From positions 133,618 through 197,617 of the forward strand of contig LFCP01000004.1 in the NCBI GenBank assembly GCA_001189155.1: a DNA stretch of 64,000 nucleotides. The letters are read 5' to 3'. The stretch comes from Parcubacteria bacterium C7867-006. Its GTDB lineage: Bacteria > Patescibacteriota > Minisyncoccia > Phycocordibacterales > DATDWN01. The notes under the pieces are model-generated. The model saw only the letters and a program-made list of their open reading frames with translations, did not search any database and had not been told where the DNA came from. The position numbers and the translations under genes were made by a program. Positions 8,218-16,562 of this stretch are shown here, one piece after another (within the stretch, counting starts at the first letter, position 1; the number at the start of each line of letters is the position of its first letter).

Positions 8218-8727
8218 ATGGAATCAGCCCCAAAACTATTTAATCCCGAAACAAGTCCCCTCCGCGAAGCTTATGAACTACTGGGAGCAACAACCCCACT
8301 AGAGCTACACCGTCTTTATAGTGAACAAGACCAGATACTAATGAAGTCTGGTAAGTGGGATTATGAAAATCCAGACCTTGTAGTTAACAGAGTGAAAGAA
8401 ATTTTAGAATCAGTTAAACCTGGAGAACTGACAGAAGATGAAATGGAGTGGAGAAACGAAATACTTTGGTTCTGGTATCATCACGCTATTAGCTGTGCTA
8501 TCGGAAGATACAAAGACAAAGAAGCAGCTAAAAAATATTCTGCACACGCATTGGCAATTCAATCAGAAAATCATCCTAACAAAATTACTAAACTCTTGGA
8601 TTTATTAGTAAACGACAAACTTGAAGAAGCAGAAGCTTGGGCAAAAGCAATACAAGAAGAACCAGAGAAAGAAACTGCGCAATTTTTATTAGAGGAATAT
8701 AGATCTGGAAACTTTTTTCTAAACTAA
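8218..8727 (+). CDS. Hypothetical helical protein
   Basis: 169-aa ORF with native AT-rich composition. Confidence 0.5.
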   Translation: MESAPKLFNPETSPLREAYELLGATTPLELHRLYSEQDQILMKSGKWDYENPDLVVNRVKEILESVKPGELTEDEMEWRNEILWFWYHHAISCAIGRYKDKEAAKKYSAHALAIQSENHPNKITKLLDLLVNDKLEEAEAWAKAIQEEPEKETAQFLLEEYRSGNFFLN

Positions 8728-8728
8728 C

Positions 8729-9175
8729 ATGCTCCCACTCGAAATATTCTACATTTATTTCTCTCCATATACAGCACATGCAATCGAAATCGATGGGGTT
8801 GTCTATCCTACTCTCGAACATGCATATCAGTGCGCAAGATACACTGACCCCAAAATAATTGCTGAAATAATTTCAGCAAAAAGCCCAGTCAAAGCTTGGA
8901 AGGCTTCTTCAAAATATAAACACCTGCAAATACCTGAATTCAAAACTGGAGAACACAAATTAAAAATTATGGAAAAGTTAATGAGACTGAAAACAGAACA
9001 ACATGAGGAAATACAAAAAGCTCTCATTGACTCTGGAGATTTAGAAATAGTAAAACATATCGTGACTCCTCCACCAGGAGATAGTTTCTGGGACGATGGT
9101 GAAGATGGTAAGGGGCTAAACCATATAGGCAAAATCTGGATGAAAATAAGAGAAGGACTCATTGACGCGACATAA
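8729..9175 (+). CDS. NADAR (YbiA/DUF1768) family protein
   Basis: FSPYTAHAIEIDGVVYPTLEHAYQCARY matches the NADAR core pattern. Confidence 0.65.
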   Translation: MLPLEIFYIYFSPYTAHAIEIDGVVYPTLEHAYQCARYTDPKIIAEIISAKSPVKAWKASSKYKHLQIPEFKTGEHKLKIMEKLMRLKTEQHEEIQKALIDSGDLEIVKHIVTPPPGDSFWDDGEDGKGLNHIGKIWMKIREGLIDAT

Positions 9176-9232
9176 TTTAAGTGTTAATTTAACGAACAGA
9201 TTTGCCCTACCTACCTGGGCAGAAAGGATCCG

Positions 9233-9508
9233 ATGAATCAGCGGGCTATCAGAAAGCTTCCATTTCCACCGGCGAGTCACTTCACATTGGAAATGGTCAG
9301 GCAGATCAAGGCAATCCCTGATGAGGAAATCAGTTACTCCGAACAAGAGATTGTCTGGATGGAACTGGCAATTCAGAATCTTGAGTACATGATTGCCTGT
9401 GCGAAATCACTCGGCATCAAGACGACCGAGATGGATGAGCACAAGGCTCTGTACGAGGCAGTCATTACCAAGAACAATAACCTGACCGCCTCAGACCGCT
9501 CACGCTAA
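9233..9508 (+). CDS. GC-rich ORFan cassette
   Basis: 91 aa. SD AAAGGA lies 5 nt before the ATG. It is followed by the GC hairpin GACCGCTCACGC..GCGTGGGCGGTC. No family recognised. Confidence 0.5.
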   Translation: MNQRAIRKLPFPPASHFTLEMVRQIKAIPDEEISYSEQEIVWMELAIQNLEYMIACAKSLGIKTTEMDEHKALYEAVITKNNNLTASDRSR

Positions 9509-9540
9509 ATTTTGCGTGGGCGGTCAATTGTTTTATATTT

Positions 9541-9549
9541 TGCTATAAT
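9541..9549 (+). promoter_or_regulatory. Extended -10 (TGcTATAAT) 6 nt upstream of ATG 9556 (leaderless)
   Basis: Read directly from the sequence. Confidence 0.55.
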
Positions 9550-9555
9550 AACTCT

Positions 9556-9852
9556 ATGAAAAAACCATTTTTACATGCCTTAGCAGCGGCACTATACATA
9601 GTTGCTATAGTCCTCATCGCAGAGAGAGTTGGTAATGCATTAAAAAACCAACCTGACACCATAGTCATTCCAATGACCATGCTCAGTCTTTTTGTTCTAT
9701 CCGCAGCCATCATGGGATACATTTTTCTATCTGAACCACTACAGTTACTTATTGAAGGAAAGAAAAAGGAAGCCATCGCTTTCTTCTCAAAAACTGTTGG
9801 TTTCTTTGCGTGTTTTGTTTTAATTTACACAATAATTCTTTTCCTCGTCTAA
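9556..9852 (+). CDS. Small membrane protein (3 predicted hydrophobic helices)
   Basis: 98 aa and strongly hydrophobic. Confidence 0.5.
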   Translation: MKKPFLHALAAALYIVAIVLIAERVGNALKNQPDTIVIPMTMLSLFVLSAAIMGYIFLSEPLQLLIEGKKKEAIAFFSKTVGFFACFVLIYTIILFLV

Positions 9853-9930
9853 ACTCAGTTTAATAACAATTTAATAAATCTTATCATTATTCGTCTTCTG
9901 CAGTATACAAATTAGCGATATAATATTTAT

Positions 9931-10212
9931 ATGAAAAATAAAAACATAGTTATTTCTCTATCAATAATATTTGCATTAGCATTAATAGGTTATTTCTTTT
10001 TTTACAACAAATCAGCACAAAATACAAAAAACCCAAACTCAACAGCAAAAATAAATATAGAAGCCGTTTGCCAAGGTGCACTAGCATATATGACATTCCC
10101 TGACTCAAAAAGTGCAGACATTTATGTAGAGGAGTGTATAGAAGGTAAACATCCAGAAGTAATAGAACGCTATAAAGCATCTTTGAATCTTGATGCTGGA
10201 GTAGCTATATAA
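9931..10212 (+). CDS. Small membrane-anchored or secreted protein
   Basis: 93 aa with an N-terminal hydrophobic helix. TATAAT (9919-9924) lies 6 nt before the ATG. Confidence 0.45.
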   Translation: MKNKNIVISLSIIFALALIGYFFFYNKSAQNTKNPNSTAKINIEAVCQGALAYMTFPDSKSADIYVEECIEGKHPEVIERYKASLNLDAGVAI

Positions 10213-10233
10213 TTTAAATCTCATACAAGATTT

Positions 10234-10242
10234 TGGTATAAT
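10234..10242 (+). promoter_or_regulatory. Extended -10 (TGgTATAAT) 6 nt upstream of ATG 10249 (leaderless)
   Basis: Read directly from the sequence. The string TATAATAACTAAATG is nearly repeated at 10644-10658. Confidence 0.55.
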
Positions 10243-10248
10243 AACTAA

Positions 10249-10587
10249 ATGAAAATATTCACACATTTGCTAGTTTCTACACTAGCCATAATCATAGCAA
10301 CATACATTATTCCTGGAGCAACGATAACTCTCTCAAGTGCTATCGTGCTAGCGGCTGTTCTAGGAGCAATAAATGTTTTCATCAAACCAGTAGTAAAAAT
10401 CATCGCCCTACCGATCACAATACTAACGCTTGGATTCTTTTCTCTCGTTATAAATACTCTATTTATTATTCTAGCTTCAAAAATAGTTCCTGGTTTCTAT
10501 GTATCAGGTTTCTGGCCAGCCTTTTGGTTCTCAATTGCTCTATCACTCATAAACGCTTTTTTCAATCTATTCCAAGATAAAGATTAA
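10249..10587 (+). CDS. YvlD/phage-holin-4-like membrane protein
   Basis: 112 aa with four hydrophobic segments. AVLGAINVFIKPVVKIIALPITILTLG is typical of that family. Confidence 0.55.
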   Translation: MKIFTHLLVSTLAIIIATYIIPGATITLSSAIVLAAVLGAINVFIKPVVKIIALPITILTLGFFSLVINTLFIILASKIVPGFYVSGFWPAFWFSIALSLINAFFNLFQDKD

Positions 10588-10640
10588 AGGATCTCCAAAA
10601 AACTTGAAAAACAAAAGCCCCTAACGGGGTTTTTGTTTTT

Positions 10641-10649
10641 TGATATACT
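10641..10649 (+). promoter_or_regulatory. Extended -10 (TGaTATACT) 6 nt upstream of ATG 10656 (leaderless)
   Basis: Read directly from the sequence. Confidence 0.5.
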
Positions 10650-10655
10650 AACTAA

Positions 10656-11348
10656 ATGACAGAAGAAAAAGTAATTCCTAAAACAAACTTGATTGGTGTA
10701 ATTCTCCAGATCGCTTCTGTATGGGTTCTATCTGACATTGGATACTATATTTTTCTTCCGGCACTTGGTTTTAATGGTGGGTACAATGTTCATCCAGTAC
10801 AAATAACAATCTACTACCTCATATGGACCATAATAGCCATATTTGCCTTCAAAGATATTTTAAAAGATAAAGTAGTTCTAGAAAAAAGACTAGGGACATA
10901 TATTCCACTTGTGGTTGGAAATATTTTTATAGTAATTTACGTATTTTATATACTTCCACTACTTCCAACTATAACATGGACTCCGCCATGGATGCCTCCA
11001 TCAGAGTTACTGAATGCAACAACTTGGTACTTTCTACCGAAATCAATAGAGATATTTCTACAACAAATCCTTCTTCTCGCTCTTGTGATTTCTTTTCTCG
11101 ATAACCAATACAAATTCAAAACAACAGCAATATGGTGCGCACTTCTGTTTGGTGGCAGTCACCTACTGCTAGTTTTTAGTGGAGGTTTTATGTATGCAAC
11201 AGTTTTCACAATAATAGCAGTTGTTGCATCTTTTATATTCACATATCTTTTGCTCGAAGTAAGAAATGGTTTTTTGTATTCATATTTTCTACACTGGATT
11301 TTCTATGCATTTGTCGTTGTTGTAACAAAACTAATTTTCAAAGTTTAA
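10656..11348 (+). CDS. Polytopic membrane protein (weak CPBP/Abi-like resemblance)
   Basis: 230 aa with 6 or more hydrophobic helices. The possible protease motifs are degenerate. Confidence 0.35.
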   Translation: MTEEKVIPKTNLIGVILQIASVWVLSDIGYYIFLPALGFNGGYNVHPVQITIYYLIWTIIAIFAFKDILKDKVVLEKRLGTYIPLVVGNIFIVIYVFYILPLLPTITWTPPWMPPSELLNATTWYFLPKSIEIFLQQILLLALVISFLDNQYKFKTTAIWCALLFGGSHLLLVFSGGFMYATVFTIIAVVASFIFTYLLLEVRNGFLYSYFLHWIFYAFVVVVTKLIFKV

Positions 11349-11396
11349 TTAAAACAAAACCCCCTTTCGGAGGTTTTGTTTTAATTTAGTCTCGAA

Positions 11397-11489
11397 TTAC
11401 TTTTTTCCCACCTGACATCCACAAGAACATGTACCGTCTTCATTTGTATGAACGTGACCACAAGCTTCGCACTTCATTTCATCTGACAT
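11397..11489 (-). CDS. Candidate 30-aa Cys-rich micro-protein (MSDEMKCEACGHVHTNEDGTCSCGCQVGKK)
   Basis: Below the ORF-track cutoff. It has a CxxC...CxCxC pattern and ends at the bidirectional hairpin near 11355-11385. No SD. Confidence 0.35.
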   Translation of the reverse strand: MSDEMKCEACGHVHTNEDGTCSCGCQVGKK

Positions 11490-11574
11490 GTATGTTTTTT
11501 GGTTATGTCTAATATATTCGACCCTTTATTATTTTACCATTTATAATCTCCAAACCTCAATGATTATTTTATAT

Positions 11575-11603
11575 TTGACATTATAGTTAAAATGTGATAT
11601 TAT
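11575..11603 (+). promoter_or_regulatory. Sigma70-like promoter TTGACA-N17-TGaTATTAT for the GC-rich glycosyltransferase cassette
   Basis: The -35 is at 11575-11580 and the -10 at 11598-11603. A ~35-nt leader follows, with AGGAG 6 nt before ATG 11643. Confidence 0.55.
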
Positions 11604-11642
11604 TGTACTAGAAGAACATTGAAACCTTTCACAGGAGAGACG

Positions 11643-12653
11643 ATGTCTACGACTGAAGGCCTAGAGGCCCCGCTCGTCACGATACTCGTCCCCTGCTATC
11701 AGTACGGACGGTATCTACGCAATTGTCTGGAAGGAATTTTCGCCCAGACAATCATCGACCAAATATCGGTTGAAATCATCGTCATCAACGATGCATCAAC
11801 CGACAACACTGACGCTGTTATGCGTGAGTTCACGGACCCGCGTATTCACTACATCCGCCACGACAGAAACCGTGGACTCTGCTACACACTGTCAGAAGGA
11901 CTCACCCTCGCAAGAGGTAAGTACTTTACTCGGATTGACGCGGACGACAGATGGAAACCTCACTTTCTGGAAGTAACACTTCCTGAGCTTGAGAGATACC
12001 CTGATGTTGCTCTCGTCTTCGGTGATGTTGCCCATGTTGATGAACAAGGAAACATCATCAACGAGGAAAGTACAATCGCTCGCTCACTTGAGGTTCACGG
12101 CGATCGTGATTTCAAGGGAGACAGATTTCTTTCACAAGTCGGCGAATGCACAATCGGCACCGCTGGTGTGATAGGAAGAACCGAAGCTTGGCGTAAGGGC
12201 CTACCTTTCCCCAAATGCTTTACTTGGGAGTCCCCGTCTGACTGGTGGCTGAACATCATGGCCATCAGAGATGCAGACGTGTACTACAAGAAGGGTATTC
12301 TTGGGGAATACCGCATGCACAGTGCGAGTATGACCCACCAACAAGGTAGTGTTGATGCGGTCGATATTGAACAGACCACCATCGGCGCTATCAATGAAGC
12401 GTTTAGCGGGGTAAATCTGAAAAGAGAACACCGCCTTGCGCGACGCATGATCTACGCCAACGCATGGACCACCCTCGGGAATATCAATTTCGAAAAAAAC
12501 CGAGGTAAAGATTCGAGGAGGTGCTACGCCAACGCAGTGCTCTGGCGACCGGACTATGTTTTAAGAAAGTCCATCGCTCGACACTTCCTGTCGAGTCTCC
12601 TGCCTCGGAAACTGTACGAGAAAATAAAGAAAGGGGTGAAGAAAATGTTCTGA
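11643..12653 (+). CDS. Family 2 glycosyltransferase (GC-rich cassette)
   Basis: Motifs are ILVPCYQ.., NDASTDNT and RIDADD. The start is set at ATG 11643 after AGGAG. Line 11701-11760 is 30/60 G+C. Confidence 0.8.
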   Translation: MSTTEGLEAPLVTILVPCYQYGRYLRNCLEGIFAQTIIDQISVEIIVINDASTDNTDAVMREFTDPRIHYIRHDRNRGLCYTLSEGLTLARGKYFTRIDADDRWKPHFLEVTLPELERYPDVALVFGDVAHVDEQGNIINEESTIARSLEVHGDRDFKGDRFLSQVGECTIGTAGVIGRTEAWRKGLPFPKCFTWESPSDWWLNIMAIRDADVYYKKGILGEYRMHSASMTHQQGSVDAVDIEQTTIGAINEAFSGVNLKREHRLARRMIYANAWTTLGNINFEKNRGKDSRRCYANAVLWRPDYVLRKSIARHFLSSLLPRKLYEKIKKGVKKMF

Positions 12654-12685
12654 GCCGACCAACGCTAACGCGAAGGTCGGCTTTT
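12654..12685 (+). terminator. GCCGACC-N14-GGTCGGC followed by TTTT
   Basis: The hairpin starts directly after the stop TGA at 12651-12653. Confidence 0.7.
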
Positions 12686-12697
12686 ACTATATAGAAA

Positions 12698-13720
12698 TTA
12701 TTTATCGCCTATTATATTTACTAAAGCAAGTTCCAATGGAAGAGAAGGTATGTATGCACCGTTTGTTTTTTCATATGCGGTTAGAAGTTCAACCAAATCA
12801 GATGAAGTTAGATTCCCCTCGCCTTTTGCTAGAGAACCAACAAACTCAAATTCTTTTTCTGACAAATCATCTTTTATGATATTTCCAGCATTAAACCGAA
12901 CAAGTAGAACCGCTCGTGCAGTGTGGAGAATAAGTTTTAAGAAAACAGACATATCTATGTTTTGACTTACTGATTTTTTAACCGCATCTAGTCCTAAATT
13001 TAAATCTTTATTAACTATTGAAAAAACTACATCATGAACCATGTCGATAGCTGGAGCTCCTGTAACAAGACGAACTTCCTCCTCACTTATAGTTTTATTT
13101 TTAGAGTATGCTAAAACTTTTTGAAGTATTCCGAGTGTATCCCGAAAAGAACCGTCACCGAGCAAAGCAATAAGCTCTGCTGATGCATCATCCACTACTG
13201 AACCTTCTTGTTTTGCAATACTGGTTACAACTTTTTTCAAAACATCTTGAGATGGTTTTTTGAATGTGTATGTTTCGCAACGGGACAAAACTGTTTCTGG
13301 AATTTTGTGAGTTTCTGTTGTAGCTAGAATAAAAACAACATGAGATGGTGGCTCCTCCAAAGTTTTGAGAAGTGCGTTTGATGCTGATTTTGAAAGCATA
13401 TGAACCTCGTCCAAAATATAAACTTTATATTTTGATTCAAAAGGCAGTGTAAAAACAGAATCATTTAGATTTCTAATATCTTCTACACTAGTGTTTGATG
13501 CCGCATCTATTTCATAAATATCATTTTTACTTGTTCCTATAGCTGCAGCAAATATTCTTGCTACAGAAGTTTTTCCCGTTCCCCGTGTTCCAGAAAAAAG
13601 GTATGCGTGGGAAATTTCTCCAGATTTTGCTTCTGCTTCTAGAACTTTAACTATGTGGTCCTGACCAACAACTTCAGAAAACTTACTTGGGCGGTATTTT
13701 CTATATAGTGCTTCTGACAT
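12698..13720 (-). CDS. dnaX: DNA polymerase III gamma/tau subunit (short form)
   Basis: YRKYRPSKFSEVVGQ.., Walker A GTRGTGKTS, DEVHMLS and the SRC motif. Confidence 0.85.
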   Translation of the reverse strand: MSEALYRKYRPSKFSEVVGQDHIVKVLEAEAKSGEISHAYLFSGTRGTGKTSVARIFAAAIGTSKNDIYEIDAASNTSVEDIRNLNDSVFTLPFESKYKVYILDEVHMLSKSASNALLKTLEEPPSHVVFILATTETHKIPETVLSRCETYTFKKPSQDVLKKVVTSIAKQEGSVVDDASAELIALLGDGSFRDTLGILQKVLAYSKNKTISEEEVRLVTGAPAIDMVHDVVFSIVNKDLNLGLDAVKKSVSQNIDMSVFLKLILHTARAVLLVRFNAGNIIKDDLSEKEFEFVGSLAKGEGNLTSSDLVELLTAYEKTNGAYIPSLPLELALVNIIGDK

Positions 13721-13780
13721 AGTAAATAGTATATCTTATTGTGAGTTTGAGACAAAACATATAATTAAGTAATAATTGGA

Positions 13781-13809
13781 AAAGTGCCTCCTGGACAGAG
13801 GCACTTTTT
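13781..13809. terminator. Bidirectional hairpin GTGCCTC-N7-GAGGCAC flanked by A- and T-runs
   Basis: 7-bp stem located 20 nt after the stop of ORF 13830-14150 (minus strand). Confidence 0.6.
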
Positions 13810-13829
13810 CGTGCAGAACGAAGAACAAA

Positions 13830-14150
13830 TTACCCCTTTCGGTGGCCGTTGTCATGGCGATTGTTATCCAGACCCAGATCGATTCGCCTGGACCGAGGCA
13901 GTCGAGGGGCCTCGGTCTGAGGATGACCAAGTGGCTTGACCTTGCTGAGCTCTTGAAGCCCAGCAAAGATCAACTTCCTGACTTCATGACGGGAGGGTTC
14001 GTGCTCGAACATCTTCTTGAACTCCCTGAACAGGAATTCGGGAGTCTCACTGACCAACTTCTTCTGACAGTCCTCGCACACTCCATAATGGCCACTGGTG
14101 AACTTCGGGTCCTCATACAAATGATTACCCTCAACACACATCAAAACCAT
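13830..14150 (-). CDS. GC-rich ORFan cassette (Cys/His-containing N-terminus)
   Basis: The start is set at ATG 14150 (MVLMCVEGNH..) with GAGGGGG 6 nt upstream. The promoter is TTGACT (14204-14209)-N18-TATTCT with TGn. The opposite-strand ORF 13776-14180 lacks comparable signals. Confidence 0.5.
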   Translation of the reverse strand: MVLMCVEGNHLYEDPKFTSGHYGVCEDCQKKLVSETPEFLFREFKKMFEHEPSRHEVRKLIFAGLQELSKVKPLGHPQTEAPRLPRSRRIDLGLDNNRHDNGHRKG

Positions 14151-14220
14151 TGGAACCCCCTCTACACAATCCTTACTTGAGAATATCATATTCAAAAAAC
14201 ATGAGTCAATTTTTTTATAT

Positions 14221-14512
14221 AAAAAAACGAGCCGAAGCTCGATGTAAAGACCCGACTCCACCAATTATGAATCTGGCCAGGATGCAAAATTGGTGGAGTG
14301 GAACGGACTTACCTATCCGTATTACCAAAAACTAGGATAGGTCGGTTACTGATACAGACGCTAGAGATCTCCGTGACTCGCTAGCATCATATCGAAGGTG
14401 AAGGTCCGCTATCCTTCAGGGTGGGAGGACCCTGGGGATTTTTGAGCGATCACCACACAAAAACCAGTGATGTTCTACAACAACGGAGATTGTCGTCACC
14501 ACCAGTTTTCCG
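14221..14512 (-). ncRNA. Candidate ~290-nt non-coding transcript (unit 2), unidentified
   Basis: Promoter TTGACA (14542-14547)-N17-TATTTT. Terminator CGAGC-TTCG-GCTCG followed by T7 (14221-14241). Internal stems are TTGAGCG/CGCTCAA, CAGGGT/ACCCTG, the three-way set GGATAG/CCTATCC/GGATAGG, and a 12-bp stem ACTCCACCAATT/AATTGGTGGAGT. Confidence 0.4.
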
Positions 14513-14549
14513 CTCAACAAAATACATTATTAAATAATTATTGTCAAAT

Positions 14550-14724
14550 AAAAAAACCGTCACATTGACGGCAAATTTCAATGGCATAGTGCCCCCGTCA
14601 ATAAGGTGACGAGCCATTATTGACGGGGGCAAGAGTAACAAAGCTACTCTCTTGTGCCTGATGTGGGTGATTTCTGGTGCCCTGACGGAGTTGAGGACTA
14701 ACACTATCAACACCACACCTTCGA
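14550..14724 (-). ncRNA. Candidate ~175-nt non-coding transcript or attenuator-like leader (unit 1), unidentified
   Basis: Promoter TTGACA (14753-14758)-N16-TACTAT (14731-14736). Perfect 14-bp hairpin at 14591-14630. Terminator GCCGTCA-ATG-TGACGG followed by T7. The terminator arm can instead pair with the 3' arm of the 14-bp hairpin (8 bp, ATTGACGG/CCGTCAAT). Confidence 0.4.
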
Positions 14725-14761
14725 GGAGACATAGTACGAGAAAATAATATTTTGTCAAATT

Positions 14762-15760
14762 TTATAAACCTTTTATATATTCCTCTATTATTTCCCCCAC
14801 TTCATTTGAATCCTTTGCCTCCATCAGTTTCATTCGAAGTTCCTTTGCCCCATCCCATCCATGAACGTAAGCTTTATAATGTTTTTTCATTATTGCAAAA
14901 CTTTTGTGTGAAAGAGTTTTTTCAAAAAGTTTAGTGTGTTCAACCATTACCCGAAGTCTATCTGGTATTGAAACATCCTCTCTGCTAGTTGTTTTACTAA
15001 ACAACCAAGGGTTTCCGAAAATAGCCCTGCCGAGCATAACACCATCACAGCCAGTCTCGAGAACTTTGGCTTCAGCATCTTTCAAATCAATGACATCCCC
15101 GTTTCCAAAAATTAGCGTCTCACTTTTATTACCGAGTGAGTCAACAAAACTATCACGTATTTCAACAGCTCTTTTTATATGCTCCCATCTTGCAGGAACC
15201 AAAGACATTTCTTTTCTTGTCCGAGCATGGATAGTAATAACAGCAGGATTTGTTTCTAATAGTGCTGGCAACCAATTCTCAAGTTCGTTTTTGTTATAAC
15301 CAATTCTGGTTTTTACACTTACAGGAATATTTTTACCATTCTTACTTGCGCCTCTTTTTGCGGCCAGAATTATTTCTTGTGCAAGTTTTAGGTTTTTTAT
15401 TAGTCCAGCTCCAGCCCCCTGCTTCTCTATGCTTTTATCTGGACAACCCATATTTATATCTATCCCATCAAAACCTAAATCAACTGCAAGTTCAGCAGCC
15501 TTTTCCATTATCTCTGGTTTGCTCGTAAAAAACTGTGCAACTATAGGTCTCTCTGCTTCTGTATATGACAGATCTTTTATTAAAGCATCATACCCACCAA
15601 GAAAAAGTCCGTCAGCAGAAACGAACTCAGTCCATGTAACATCAGGTTTTCCATATTTTGAAATAATACTTCGAAAAGCCGAGTCAGTTACATCCGCCAT
15701 AGGAGCAAGAACCATTATCCCCTTAGGTTTATTATTTTTTAATTCTTTCCAAAAATTCAT
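14762..15760 (-). CDS. tRNA-dihydrouridine synthase
   Basis: VLAPMADVTDSAFR, NMGCP and a TIM-barrel FMN pattern. Confidence 0.8.
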   Translation of the reverse strand: MNFWKELKNNKPKGIMVLAPMADVTDSAFRSIISKYGKPDVTWTEFVSADGLFLGGYDALIKDLSYTEAERPIVAQFFTSKPEIMEKAAELAVDLGFDGIDINMGCPDKSIEKQGAGAGLIKNLKLAQEIILAAKRGASKNGKNIPVSVKTRIGYNKNELENWLPALLETNPAVITIHARTRKEMSLVPARWEHIKRAVEIRDSFVDSLGNKSETLIFGNGDVIDLKDAEAKVLETGCDGVMLGRAIFGNPWLFSKTTSREDVSIPDRLRVMVEHTKLFEKTLSHKSFAIMKKHYKAYVHGWDGAKELRMKLMEAKDSNEVGEIIEEYIKGL

Positions 15761-15761
15761 A

Positions 15762-16562
15762 CTATATATTTAAAAATAGACTAGCTAGTGTAACCGGCCC
15801 AACTCCACCAGGAACTGGTGTGACTAGAGAAGCTTTTTCAAAACAACCAGGGTCAATATCGCCAACTATCTTTCCAGCTTGTTCGCTAGTCCCAGCGTCT
15901 ATCAAAACCACTCCATTTTTTATCATATCTGGCTTAATCATATGAGGAGATCCTGCACCAGAAATAATAACATCTGCAGACATTATCAAACTTTTGCTTA
16001 AATTGGAATCTGTATTTTTATCTATAGTATTAAAATAGATACCTTTTAGTGTAAGCATATTTTGAACCGGTTCACCCACCAACCGACCATTACCAATAAC
16101 TAAAATATTTTTATTATTCAAATCCACATTATAAAAATCTAAAATCTCAGAAACAGCTTTTGCGACAGGTGGGGTCTTATTTAATCTCCCATTTTTATAT
16201 TCATTTTTTGCTTTTTCACTCAGGATATCTATATCTAACTCAACTGGAACCAGATTTAAAACATCTTGAACTGGGAAACTTGAAGGTAGAGGCAACTGTA
16301 TAACCACCCCGGCGATATCTTGTTCCACTATACTGCTAACGATCGAAGAAACTTCTTCAAAGGACAGATTTTCTCTATCTTTAAAAACTCGAGTTGGAAT
16401 ACCTAAAGACTCAGCAAATCTACATTTCATTTTTATAAACTGTTTACTAGCCAAATCATTTCCAAATATGATAAAACAAACCTCTTTTTTGGGTTTGTTT
16501 TTTAAATTATGGGCAATATCTTTCTTTAATTTATCCGAAACCAATTTCCCATCAGCTATCAT
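15762..16562 (-). CDS. folD: Methylenetetrahydrofolate dehydrogenase/cyclohydrolase
   Basis: VIGNGRLVGEP.., TPVPGGVGPVT. Confidence 0.85.
   Translation of the reverse strand: MIADGKLVSDKLKKDIAHNLKNKPKKEVCFIIFGNDLASKQFIKMKCRFAESLGIPTRVFKDRENLSFEEVSSIVSSIVEQDIAGVVIQLPLPSSFPVQDVLNLVPVELDIDILSEKAKNEYKNGRLNKTPPVAKAVSEILDFYNVDLNNKNILVIGNGRLVGEPVQNMLTLKGIYFNTIDKNTDSNLSKSLIMSADVIISGAGSPHMIKPDMIKNGVVLIDAGTSEQAGKIVGDIDPGCFEKASLVTPVPGGVGPVTLASLFLNI

Noticed and set aside
14283-14300. The minus-strand sequence ...GTTCCACTCCACCA looked like a tmRNA or tRNA 3' end, raising the idea of one-piece or permuted two-piece tmRNA.
   Set aside because: - There is no adjacent canonical T-arm; the nearest stem, CCTATCC/GGATAGG, has a 16-nt loop.
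- The complementary strand would give A3-U70, not the G3-U70 alanine identity pair.
- No convincing tag reading frame ending in a hydrophobic -AA stop is present.
- The CCACCA is itself buried in a 12-bp hairpin.
14450-14758. 102-aa ORF on the minus strand.
   Set aside because: It would read straight through a hairpin plus T7 terminator and an internal TTGACA-N17-TATTTT promoter. It has no SD or leaderless -10 context and an odd composition. It is more likely non-coding.
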